Source of the DNA: the human T2T-CHM13v2.0 reference genome, Homo sapiens
NCBI RefSeq assembly: GCF_009914755.1
Contig: NC_060926.1
Direction: 5' to 3' (one strand)
Length of the DNA: 64,000 nt
Shown here: in pieces, positions 23,038-35,039 of the stretch
How positions within the stretch are numbered: the first letter of the stretch is position 1
Layout: every line of letters starts with the position of its first letter
Notes under the pieces: model-generated
Told to the model about the DNA's origin: nothing
What the model saw: only the letters and a program-made list of their open reading frames with translations
The model's database searches: none
Program-made: the position numbers and the translations under genes

Positions 23038-23180
23038 CATTGGATTCTGGTATTGTATAAAATATTTATACAATGAATTTTTATAAATTTGTATAAATAT
23101 AAAATATAAAATTTATAAATTTGTATAAATATAAAATATTTATACAATACCAGAATCCAATGTATAAAATATTTATACAA
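23038..23180. repeat. AT-rich inverted repeat: 24-bp perfect arms with a 77-bp spacer containing direct repeats
   Basis: cattggattctggtattgtataaa (23038-23061) is the exact reverse complement of tttatacaataccagaatccaatg (23139-23162). A 28-bp direct repeat lies at 23080-23107 / 23112-23139. Confidence 0.92.
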
Positions 23181-24767
23181 TAAAATAAAAACTAATCACT
23201 TTTTTGTTATAATAAGCTTTTTATTATAATCTTGTGCTTTTTCAGATTAGTGTTTTGTTGTTTTTCTATCATAATTATAGATTATCATATGTGAGGTAGA
23301 CTCACATCAGATTTAAGGATTTTTGGAATGATGGAGGTGATTGTCATCAGAAACATTTTCATCTTCTAACGGTATAAGTATTGTCTTTCAGGTAGTAAGT
23401 CATACTTAGAAGTGATTTGTTGATTCATTCACTCAGTGCTTACTGCTTATAAGAGTTTAGATTAATAATGCAAGGTTGACTTTTTATGGGACAAAAAGAT
23501 ACTAAAATATAGGAAAAGTACATTGCATATTTATGCATAGTATATTATTTTATGGTGTTGCATTCTGATATTTAACGTAATACCTACAGCATGGTAGAAA
23601 ACATAGGTCATATTAAAGGGCTAAAGTGTAAAATAAGGTGAATCCTTCTCACCTTCACTGAGTAATCATTTTTACTAGTATTTCTCTTAATTTTCTTGTT
23701 GTTATTATTATAACAAATGACTGAGTTCTGTTTCTATTTTTTTAATAATTCACTTCACATGATATCTATTGACTCCGCCGTAACAAAGAGGCATTTAGAG
23801 CACTTTACTGACTTGATTTGAATTATATTATTATGTATGTTGTCATAATTGATAACATTTACATTTGTTCTATAGTCTTAATTCTATTTTCTATGCTATG
23901 TCTGTAAATTAATACTAACATTTAATCCCATAAACAGCCTTTAAATGGATTATGTTTAAGTAAATGTAATTTATTGCAGACATTGCAAATTTAACTAGAA
24001 CTGTAGAGGAGGAAGGAGAATACCTGAAGTGCATAGGACTGTATTTAAAGATTTCTCTTTTATAAACAGTCGCTCTCTTCTACTTCATTGGCTTACACTC
24101 AGCTGCCCCTGTTATGTATTCTCATATTTTCCTTCATAGATTGCTTTTTCTGTTTTCCTAGATTATCTCCTTGAGTAATTTTCAAAAAGGGCCAATGGAG
24201 ATAAATGATCTAAGTTCATACATCTGAAATATTCTTGTTCTACCTTACACTGAGTTGATATTTTGCTGGAATTAGAGTTCTAGTTTTAAATTAATTTTTC
24301 ACCAGAATTTTACAGGCATTGTTTTAATGTCTTAGAGGATAGCAATAATTACTGTTGGTCTGATTCTTGTTATTTTGTTGGGAAGTAAAAAATACCATAT
24401 ACAATACAATGTACCAGTAAACTAGTATTTTGAACAACTAGAACAGTGAGGTGTAATCATAATAACAACTTTATTTATGTGACCTACTGACTCTTAAAGC
24501 TGCTCAGTGGAGGTAATTCAACCCTTACCCTAGGGTGATAATTCATTCAGGCTTCATGAAATTATTAGTCAAGTGTGTGTTTACTCTGGTTGCAAAACAC
24601 AATCTCAAATCAGTAATTAAATATGTCCAGCTTTATGTAACACAAATGCTCCACATTTAACATGAAGTTAAATTTTCACCTAACCCTCAGCTGAGGACTT
24701 CTTTGGGCTAGACATTTGCAGTGTGGAAGGGGTTGTAATGGTGGTGGTGTGTGGCCGTTCGTAAATC

Positions 24768-24828
24768 TTTTCCTCTTACTTTTTCCCTCTTACTTTTTCC
24801 TCTTACTTTTTCCCTTACTTTTTCCCTA
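24768..24828. repeat. Short pyrimidine-rich tandem repeat, ~(CCTCTTACTTTTT)n x4
   Basis: tttcctcttactttttccctcttactttttcctcttactttttcccttactttttccct seen directly. Confidence 0.85.
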
Positions 24829-24972
24829 GTTTGCTAACTGGCAAGGTTGAAGGTGCAAGGAGGGAGAAATTAAAGACGAATGGAAGAGTTGTTACTGGAC
24901 TTGAGATACCTTATGATAGCTTAGAGTTCTTTGAACTTGGCAAAATCAGAAAGCTTTTATCCTGATGAGCAC

Positions 24973-25456
24973 TGTATTAGTCAGAGCTCTCCAGAGGGAT
25001 AGAACTAATAGGATGTATATATATATATTTTTTTTTTTTTCTTTAGAAGGATAGAACTAATAAGATATATATGGGGAGTTTATTAAGTATTAACTCACAC
25101 GATCACAAGGTCCCACAATAGGCTGTCTGCAAACTAAGGAGCACGGAGAGCCAGTCCGAGTCCCAAAACTGAAGAACTTGGAGTCTGATGTTAGAGGGCA
25201 GGAAGCATCCAGCATGGAGAAAGATGTAGGCTGGGAGGCTAGGCCAGTCTGGTCTTTTCACATTTTTCTGCCTGCTTTATATCCTAGCTACACTAGGAGC
25301 TGATTAGATGTTGCCCACCCAGATTAAGGGTGGGTCTGTCTTTCCCAGCCCACTGACTCAAATGTTAATCTCCTTTGGCAACACCTTCACAGACACACCC
25401 AGGATCAATACTTTGCATCCTTCAATTCAGTCAAGTTGACAGTATTAACCATCACA
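24973..25456 (-). mobile_element. MLT2A LTR (3' LTR of HERV-L)
   Basis: Termini tgtattagtcag...gtattaaccatcaca. It is followed on + by agtccccgccttg, the reverse of the polypurine tract. Confidence 0.9.
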
Positions 25457-28111
25457 AGTCCCCGCCTTGTCAACTTGAACCCATACATATCTGCTGAGAT
25501 CATACATAATCTTCAAATAAAGACAATAATAAGGTCATAATTATGCCTAACATAAAACAACTATCCTTCGTACAACCAGAAATGCATCAGTCCCCAACTC
25601 AAATACTATTACATAAAGTTAACAATACTTAAATGTTGATGTGAAGTCAGTAAATCTTATATCACATGATAAGGGAAAAAGGAAATAAAACGAAGGTATA
25701 TTCTTAGTACAGTGTATACATGTACAACCATGGTTTTAACAAAAGAAGGAGGGAATACCCATGACAATTACAGTCCTCGTTTCTGCAGCTGGTCATGTGG
25801 TTGTAGCTGGTATTGATTACTACCTTGTTCTATCTATTCTGTAGTCCCTTTGCCTTCAGCAAGTACCTCAGCAGGTTGTGGATTTTTTCCTGGTGGAGTG
25901 ACCCAAACCTTCATTCCTGAAGGGTCTGGGCCATATGCAGTCCTGCCCAGACTGTGATGTTGTAATTTCCCAATGACCTTAATCACAGGGCATGGCAATA
26001 CTAAGAGACATCCTAGTGGATCTCCTGTAGTCATGCATACTCTTTGCTACCTCCATTGTGGAGTAGTAGACTGATTTCATCTTGATAGTCTGGGCCAATC
26101 ACCCCAGCCAAGACTGTAACTCCCTTCTTAGCCTGTTGACTTAAAGGTAGGAGGAGCCCAAAGTGTCCAAGTGGCAATCTTAACTTTCAGTTTAATGGAA
26201 TCATTGTTGTGTCTCCTGATGGCAGCGTTCCTCCCTCTGGAACTAAGACCTCTAGGCCAGCAGAATCAATGTTGTGGGAACAGGAAGCAAGAATTTTGCT
26301 GGTGGATCACTAGGGGTGATGGTGAGTGGTGCCACTTCCACTTCCACCCCTTGGTTCCTGGAACCATGAATCCTGGCTATGGGAGAAACAGTACCATATA
26401 TTGAATGCTGATTCAGAGCATACACACCTTCTGGAGAACTTTGCCTCAGCCTAGTAAAGTATTGTCACCTAGTTCGTGTTGTAATTGTGACTTCAAAAGG
26501 CAATTCTACAGTTTTATCAATCCAGCTGCTTCAGGATGATGGGGAAACATGGTAAGACCAGTAGATTCCAGGAGCATGAGCCCCATGCTGCACTTCTTTA
26601 GCCATAAAGTGAGTGCTTTGGTCAGAGGCAATGCTGTGTGGAACAACATGATGGTGGATAAGGCATTCCGTGAGTCCACAGATGATGTCTTGGCAGAAGC
26701 ATTGCTTTTAGGATAGGCAAACCCATATCCAGAGTAAGCGTCTATTCCAGTAAGGACAAACCTCTGCCCTTTCCATGATGGAAGAGGTCCAGTATAATCA
26801 ATCTGCCATCAGGTAGCTGGCTGATCACCCCAAGGAATGGTGCCATATTGAGGGCTCAGTGTTGGTCTCTGCTGCTGGCAAATTGGGCACTCAGCAGTAG
26901 CCATAACCAGGTCAGCCATGGTCAGTGGAAGTCCATGTTCCTGGGCCCATGCGTAACCTCCATCCCTGCCACCATGGCCACTTTATTCATGGGCCCATTG
27001 GTGATGACAGGGGTGGCTGGGGAAAGAGGCTGAGTGGTGTCCACAGAACGGGGCATCCTTTCCACTTGATTATTAAAATCCTCCTCAGCTGAGGTCATCA
27101 GTTGGTGAGCACTCACACGGAATACAAATGTCTTCACAGTTTTTGACCACTCAGAGGTGTCCATCCACGTACCTCTTTCCTGAATTTCCTTGTCACCAAT
27201 TTTCCAATCGTGCTTCTTTTAAGTCCCTGACCATCCAGCCAAACCATTGGCTGCAGCCGTAAGTCAGCATATAATCACACATCTGACCATTTCTCCTTCC
27301 ATGCAAAGTGCACAACCAGTTGCACTGCTCTAAGTTCTGCCCACTGGGAAGATTTCCCTTCATCACTGTCTTTCAGGGATGTCCTAGAAAGGGGCTGTGG
27401 TGCTGTAGCTGTCAACTTTCGGATGGTGCCTGCATATTGTGCAGATCCATCTATGAATCAGGCCCTAGTCTTCTCTTCCTCTGTCACCTGATCATAGGTA
27501 ACTCCCCATGATGCCATCAGTGCAAGCTGGGAGACAGAAGGCAGGGTGACAGGAATGGAGACCATGGACATTTGAGCCACTTCCTCATGTAACTTACTTG
27601 TGCCTTCGGGACCTGCTTGAGCCCGATCACACATACACCACTTTCATATGATGAAGGACTGCTGCTATGCATGACCCAGTTTATGGCTAGATGTGTCAGA
27701 AAGCATCCAGTTCACGACAGGCAGTTCAGGTTGCATGGTGACTTGATGACCCATAGTCAAACATTCAGTTTCCACAAAGCCCAGTAACAGGCCAAGAGCT
27801 GTCTCTCAAAAGGAGAGTAGTTATCTGCAGAAGATGGCAGGGCCTTGCTCCATAATCCGAGAGGCCTCCGCTGTGATTCACCTATGGAGGCAGCATTGGA
27901 TCTGCTGGGTTATATGGCCCCAGTGGTAGAGCAGCTTGCACAGCAGCCTGGACCTGTTTCAGAGCGTTCTCCTGTTCTGGACCTCACTCAAAACTGGCAG
28001 CCCTTCGGGTCACTCGATAAATGGGCCAGAGTTACCTACCCCAATGAAGAATGTGGTTGCCTGCAAAATCAAAATAGGCCCACTAGGCATTGTGCCTCTT
28101 TCCTGGTTGTA
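25457..28111 (-). mobile_element. HERV-L internal region, 3' half (RT end, RNase H, partly deleted integrase, dUTPase); degenerate
   Basis: Minus-strand peptides WSKTVKTFVFRVSAHQ..SAEEDFNNQV (RNase H) and GPDPSGMKVWVTPPGK..PAEVLAEGKG (ERVL pol C-terminus). dUTPase-like sequence at ~26050-26300. Truncated at ~28111, with no 5' LTR in the window. Confidence 0.88.
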
Positions 28112-30190
28112 AGATTTTACTAATTGACTAATATATCTATTTCAAGAATACAATCAGAAGCCAGGGAAACAATGAAGGAATGGGTCCATAAATCCACTGG
28201 GCTTATACCACAGTATAAGTGGTAAAATAGACTTATACCACAACACTGTTGATCAGAAGGCTATGATAAGCCCCTAATTTAGCTGTTAGATGGTGTTTTG
28301 GGGTCTCTAGGAAAGGGCATTTATTCAGAGCCAATTTCTAATTATATCTGAAAGGTATGAAGCAAAAGAGTACTCCATGTAAATGACTGCTGTTCCTTTA
28401 GGGAAGGGTTGGAGGAAGACTTACAATCAGATTTCTGTAGTGAACCCAACATGATACAATGAACACATATTTTGTCCAGTGAAAATAAAAAAACACTGAC
28501 CCTTCTAAAATGGTCCAACATAATAAGTATGCCAGTAGGTGGCTGGCAGGTTTTTCATGGTACGGTGCCATAACAACGGTTCCATGTTGGTTTGTGCTGT
28601 TGGTAAGCTGGACATTCAGCACTGGATGGTAGCTGAATAAACTTTGCTTAGGAGAAGCCTTTGTTAATGATTCCATACGTAGTCTTCATCTTTAACACAA
28701 GGCTACATGATCCTATTGAGCATACAGAGGGAGAGCCAAGGAAAATAGCCAGTATTCACAAGATAAGGCATGTGATCCACCCGATTATTGAAAACCTGTT
28801 TTGCAGTGGATTTTTTAAAATAAGTATACCCATGGGACACCAATATTTCCACACTTTTGCCTATTGTGAGAGATGTAGCCACTAACCATTTCCTTAGATC
28901 TTATCTCAGAATTTCCAACCTTATTCTTTTATAAACCCCTAACCAGTCAGCCAGACTGATAGCCACTGCCAATAAATAGGTATAGATGTATCCGCTGTAC
29001 CATTTATGTTTTTAGGCAACATAGGTGATCAGATATACTGCCAAGATTTCTGTTCACCTGAAGGCTTTTCATTCATCACTGTCTTTCAGCGCTCCCATTG
29101 GAAGACTTGTAATCCAGTGACTGTCCACTTATAGCTGAATTTGGGTGGCACATTGTACAAACCTGTATGGAAATCAGGCTAGTTTTTTTTTTTTAATCCA
29201 TTCTCTGATAGCTGGTCATGGTGAGTATCTCACAAAGCCGTAGGTATAGTTGAGGGACATGTGACATTGAAACAAGAGTGGAAGTTTGGAAGTTTACCTG
29301 CTCATGCAACTTACTTGTGCTTTTCTGATGTTCTCTAGCACAATTTAAATTATAATTCTTCCTTTTTTAAGATGAATTGCTTTTACATGTCCAGACTCAT
29401 GTCTTTGAGGACCTCCTGGTTTATGATGAGCAATTCAGTTTACTTAGTTGCTTGGTGTTATAAGTCCTCAGTATCTGTCAGAGCTCATGAACATAGTAGG
29501 AGCTAACCCTTAATAGAGAATATGTAAAAGTAGTTATCAACAAGGTGAACATGCCTTTTCTCCAGAAGTCTGGAGGTCAGTACTGTGGCCCTCTGTTGGG
29601 GCTTGTTATAGGCTTCCTATAGTATCTTCATTTTCTACAGATAGTTTGAGCACCATTGGGTCTGCTGGGCCATAAGGCCCAAGGAGAATTGTCTTATATC
29701 CTGGACATGTTGTAAACTTTTTGGGGTCCAAACATCATTTATACTATGTTCTTTATTCAGCATGGAGGACAAAAGATACAGTAACTTTGCCTTTTATTTA
29801 GAAGCATTATCTTACCATGTTCCAGGCTTCAGAATTTCTTTGGTGTTTGTTTCTTCTCTGGCACAAGCATATTGCTAAGACATCTAGGGTACTTGCCACT
29901 TCCTGCTCATCAGATCCATTTAGGGGGATTTTAGCAATATAGTGGAATATAAAGATGGTCAAGGTTACTTTAGTTTGACAGAGAATAGGGGAGTTTATAT
30001 GGCCCCGAGGCAAAGGAGTAGAAAGTTTTCTGCTGCCTTTGTCATGTAAAGGCAATTTGGATTAACTACCATCACAGATGGGAGGAGAGAATAAAACATT
30101 CACCAAATCAGTAGCCTCATAACAAGTAGTAGAGGGTATTTTTATCTGCTTCAGTAAAGATAACACATATGGCACAGCCCATATGTTCCA
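28112..30190 (-). mobile_element. Older ERVL-class remnants: protease fragment (~28112-28440) and pol (integrase, RNase H, RT; ~28490-30190)
   Basis: Minus-strand ttagaaattggctctgaa..gaccccaaaacacc resembles LDTGSE..GDPK. tatgttggaccattt resembles the integrase DYIGPL motif. LPRGHINSPILC resembles RT LPQGYINSPALC, and GSDEQEVASTLD follows. Much more diverged than the HERV-L above. Confidence 0.65.
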
Positions 30191-30929
30191 GATCTTTACA
30201 TGATTCTCTCAATCTTGTACCCCATTATTTTCTGATTGAATTCTTGAGCAATGTTTGGACAGTAAGATTCTACTCCTGTCTCTCTTTTGTTGGATCTGGC
30301 AACCTCCTTTTATAAAAGTAAGTGACATATTGGATAATATATGTATAAACACTTTATACATTATAAAAGCATTATGTAAATACAAAGATATTATTGTTGC
30401 TGATATTATTCCTATTATTATAGAAATATATCCCCCAACATGATGCTAAGATTGCAGAGTATTTAGTATCTTGCTGACCCCTCTTGACTTATCTTCTAGC
30501 TCTACTTGTTCCTGTTCTTCTCATAATGAAGTGCAAAAATAAGCTAAGGTTCTTATGGGTTGTCTTGGATGTCTAAATAAGTTGTTCATTTGTTTTGAAT
30601 GTTCTAGGTCTTAATCAGTGTATATTAAGATTATATGAATCCTCTTGAATGATGATATACACTCCAATAGAGTGTGTGCCACTTGAGTGTATACCATATG
30701 GTGGATACACTCAGAGGCAGCAGTGGGTTCCTATTACAAGTTTGTAGGACCTTATTCTCCTGGCATTCCAAACTGTGTCTTCTCTTGAGTACATCTGTAG
30801 ATAGTCAAAACATATAAGACATGAACTACTGTCCTGTTTGCACCAACTAGCTCCTTTTGCCTATAATCATAACACACAAAGCTTATTATTAGTAAACATC
30901 ATGTTTATCCATTCTGATTAACATAATAC

Positions 30930-32900
30930 AATAAATAGTGATGTTCTATAATATTTCTAGAGAGTACAGTTCCCTTCAGACTATTTTATGACTAGAGTGG
31001 AATGTTAACCTTGGCAAGAACATAAACATGTACTGTTGTCTGCCCAACTGAATGCACATTGCTTCTAATCTCACTTTATGAGAAGACACATTTGCCGGAT
31101 CAATGACTACACACGATGTGCCTGAGTACATGTTAATCTGCTGTTGCAAAGATACCATATCAGGTAGAACAGTTGCAATTTAGGCTGTTACTTGGTTGAG
31201 TTTGCAGTAGTCTCCTGTCATCCTCCAGGATCTTTGTTTATTATAGAAACTAGACTAGGGAATTATATGGAAATATGATGAGAACATCCACATCTACATC
31301 CTTTGTTTAAATCTGTGCCATTTTCCACCACCCTCCCCAATATGCAGTATTATTTTTTATGAACTTGACAGGGAAAGGAGCAGTTTTCAAGTCTCCTACT
31401 TGGCATTTCCCACCATAGTATCATATATCCCACAGGTCGAGAATTAATGTGGAAGTTCTGCAAAATACCAAGTATGTTCTTTCAACTTGTTTGGAATCTG
31501 TTAAATGACCATCAGATGGGTTCATGGATTCCATCTTACTGTGAGCCAGACCTGGGCAAGCTATATTTATTACTTAGTCCCTATATGCCTCAGCCTCAAA
31601 TCTAAGATGGTGGAGGGTGAGAGTTATAAAACTATGAGTCCCTGAGTATCAACGCCATGCTAGACCCTGTGTCAACAGTTTCACAATGTCTGGGTCTTTC
31701 TTTTTCTGTAGTGTATTGTTACCTAAGCCTCTGGGGAAGGAATGGAGGAATCATTGTATGTACTTGCTATGGTGTAGGAGGATCCTTTTTCATAGGGACT
31801 GAACTTCTTTCGTCAGGAAGTTCTGTGTGTGAAAACTGGCTAAGATCTGGAAACCAGGCAAGAGATAGTGACTTTTTACAAGGTTGCTGCTCTCAGTATC
31901 CTGATCATCCATCCTGTTTCTTCTGGTCGTACAGATTGAACATTACCACTGTTGGCTTCCCATCTTTCAGCCCTTTAAAGATTCTATGTTCTATTGACTA
32001 TCTTCCTAGCGTTCTATGGTTCAGGATATCCTGATAGCCCTTACCACCTTGCTGTTCTTTTCCATAATTGTGCCCATCTTGCTTTTGACATTTACGTGCT
32101 TCTGGCTGGCCTCTGCTTTCTCAGGAGTCTATAATCTAAATTGCTTTCAGGGAGTGTAGTTCTCTAATAACATACTCTCTACTATCATCTTAGAGAACCA
32201 CAACTGAGCTTCTCAATGATGTTGCTGCTCCTCTCACCTTACTGCTTTCCTAGTGGACGTATTCTCTGGTCATCCGGTGGACATGGTTATCTCATGGGAT
32301 TTTTGACCTTTTATGGTGTATCCACTCTCACAGGCTCACTTCTCTGAGTATTTAGATCCTCCTTTGTTGTGGAATGTAGCATTGGCTTTTCTAGTTCACT
32401 TAGTTTGGTAATCACTTTTTCCCCTAAGCTTCAAAGAGCCATCCTAGCTTCATATAAATACCAGTTTCCTTTCTAGGGTGTTAAGTTCTGTGTTATAGAA
32501 GAGTACTCTCATATTGATAAACTCTGCCTTGTCCAACTTTATATTCTACCTCTCTTACCTCAATGACCTCAGGACCCAATTCTTCATGTACTGTCGTGGA
32601 ACCCATAGGTACATGTTGGCTAGTTCCTGCAGTTCCTTGGAAGTAGTTCTTTTCATCTTTATAACAGAGTCATTACTTACCTGAATAGGTTTTATTTTTA
32701 TTTAAATGAATTTTGGTCTGTTGGCCAGTAAGGAGGGTGGGGAATATATTGTAAGAATGGCATGTATTGTCTCATAAGACAGAAGACTCTGAATTGCCCT
32801 TGGTGAAGAGAGGTGTGCTCGTCTCTAAAAGGGAGAAGCAGGCCATTTTTGCAGGGCCAGAGAGTTCAGGGAAATATGAAGATTTAAGATTTTTAAGTAC
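30930..32900 (-). mobile_element. Further old ERVL-class internal remnant (gag, protease, RT N-terminus)
   Basis: MVSLQQQINMYSGTSCVVIDPAN resembles ERVL RT VVSLLEQIN..GTWYAAIDLAN. A protease-like gttgacacagggtct lies at ~31670 and gag-like sequence at ~32000-32780. Confidence 0.62.
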
Positions 32901-34460
32901 GTTGTCTCAGATTTCTTCATCTCTGTCCACACACACACACACACACACACACACGTATGACTTCTTGTAACTCAGAATAAATTTATTTTTCCATAAAATT
33001 CATGTACTAAAATACTGTTGGTTTTCCTAAAATGACTTTCCTATAATATGTTTTCAAATTTCACTTCTTTGCTGATATCTTTAAATTTTTATATTATTAT
33101 ACTATAACTTTATAACAATATTTGGAGTCATCTACAGCAATTTATGTTTTGAGATAAAAATAACATGACAATTCACAAATAACTATCATATTTCACAAAC
33201 ATTAATTTCTTCATCTTTGAAATGTCTTCTAATAGTATCTACATTTTACTAGTTTATTCAGTTCAGAATTGTGGCCTTGTCTTAAATCGTATTCTTCCCA
33301 ATGTCTTCCAAACTCCCATTGATGCCTTTTTTCCATATTATTTAATAAGTTGTGAATTTCTCCTAGGAGTGGGGCATGGGTTCAGATCCTACTGGAAAGG
33401 GCCTAAGAGTCTTGTCTTGAAATTTCATTTGCAAAACAAACTTAGATTAAATATATATATATTTTGGTTGGATTTAGGAGGGCATCTAGCAGAGATTTTG
33501 AGAGGTCTCCTGAAACTATCCCTAACCTCCTATTGCAGTTTCCCCATTTTCCTTTAATTCTCACTCCCATCCTTCTAAATCTGGTCTCCATGGGCTACAT
33601 TCACAACCTTGCAGGCTGTCTTTCAATAGTTCATTCTATGTTTCATGGATTGATAACTTTCCCTAAAACATGCCTCTATAAGCTCGTCTAATCTTCCTTA
33701 GACAATTGTATATCTTTACTTCTCAAGCCAGTTGGGTATCTAGCTTGTTGATATTCCATGATAATTCTTATATATCTTTTATAACATTATAAATCACATT
33801 TTACTTATATATTTTACAAAGTTGGTTACATTTTAAAGTCAATTCTTATGGTTTAAACTATTTTCTCTTGAATTAGGGGAACAATTTTTGTGAACATTAG
33901 GGAAGCCATTTTCTTCTGAAAGTTTTTTAGCCAATCAGTGGATTACTAAAATAGTCAGTGGATTAGTCTTTGTAAAGATAACTAAATATTACAACATAAT
34001 TTCATTTTACCTGTGGAATATATTTTATCCTAAAGGAAATAAGAGCCATTATGCAATTAATTGGATGGTTTTTGCAATCTCATAAGTCAAAATTAAGAGA
34101 AAAAAGTTACTGCTTTATTGAGACTAAGAATGATGATTATACATGTGAAACTTTCAGTGTGTCAACATATTATTTTAAGGAACAGCAGAATGGAAGAGTG
34201 CCATACAGATTTGAATAGTTTTAAAAGGTAATATTTATACATAGAATTTCCTTTTTTGTTGTAGAAGGGAAAAAAAGGATCAAATGGTATCCACTGTAGT
34301 CCAAATTCATTACTTTAATGACTCCTTGTAGAGTTAAATTGGAGCTAGATTATAATATTTGTAATATATTAAAAATCTACCTTTCACCTTGTATTTTGAC
34401 CTATATATTCAATGACAGTGCAGGAAAGGTGAAAAAGCACTATTATTAAAAGTATTTTAA

Positions 34461-34882
<422 letters not shown>

Positions 34883-35039
34883 ATGCATGCTCTTTTAAAA
34901 GAAAATTCTTCCCTAGTGAAAAAATATTTAGATTGTTTTGTTTCTATCTGTAAACATATTTATATCCCTAATACCCCTTCTGGGTTTCTGCTGGAAATGG
35001 TGTTTTAAAATATTATAAAGATCTAGTAAGAAAACATAG

